A stretch of 63,658 nucleotides of DNA, counting the filler, from Reticulomyxa filosa (taxonomy: Eukaryota > Protista > Foraminifera): assembly GCA_000512085.1 (NCBI GenBank). It is 18 parts of 18 records of this genome, joined end to end, with 100 filler letters (N's around TTAATTAATTAA, not from the genome) between each part and the next. Parts side by side here need not be neighbours in the genome. Positions count along the whole stretch, not along the records: positions 60,383 to 63,658 come from ASPP01023529.1; 17 more parts are not named here. The stretch is one strand, 5' to 3'. Shown piece by piece: positions 63,571 to 63,658 of this stretch. Made by a program: the position numbers and the translations under genes. The notes under the pieces are model-generated. The model was not told the DNA's origin, did no database searches, and was given only the letters and a program-made list of their open reading frames with translations. Numbering within the stretch: position 1 is the first letter of the stretch; the number at the start of each line of letters is the position of its first letter.

Positions 63571-63611
63571 TAACAATAATGTAATTGATTGTATCAACCA
63601 CATTATTAATG

Positions 63612-63658
63612 GTTGGAACCGAAAGGGTTTGAATTCCGGGTTTTTAAAAACCCGGAAT
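63612..63658. repeat. Palindromic repeat centred at 63645/63646, cut by the window end
   Basis: GTTGGAACCGAAAGGGTTTGAATTCCGGGTTTTT|AAAAACCCGGAAT; the missing remainder of the right arm is exactly what is seen at 44187-44207. Confidence 0.9.

Overview
This window is not one locus. It is 18 short contigs of an AT-rich, intron-rich eukaryotic draft genome, joined by 17 artificial 100-bp spacers (N44-TTAATTAATTAA-N44), so neighbourhood arguments hold only within a contig. The expanded WD40 and Kelch families and the many decayed gene copies resemble the foraminiferan Reticulomyxa filosa (inference, not verified). The best candidate for an undescribed system is in contig 1 (1-10659). Once introns are spliced by eye, it contains two SAM-USP deubiquitinases, a WD40 gene and a SAM-UBL(GG)-RBR E3 ligase. 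All three ubiquitin enzymes begin with a SAM-like domain split by the same phase-1 intron, which the ORF track misses. Other genes are SPCS3, a Methyltransf_32-type MTase, an M3 oligopeptidase, a type I asparaginase, an FGD-like RhoGEF with a Pex14_N-like motif, NAPRT, DEP, RRM, Furry-like and FHA-kinase (Chk2-like) genes, and a CDKAL1 pseudogene. Mobile content includes a decayed CRESS-virus-like Rep, a TA-flanked Tc1/mariner-type MITE family, LINE remnants lacking RT, a 56-bp retro-insertion with 14-bp TSDs, and a 68-bp palindrome seen at two contig ends. All domain calls are motif recognition by eye; no searches were run.
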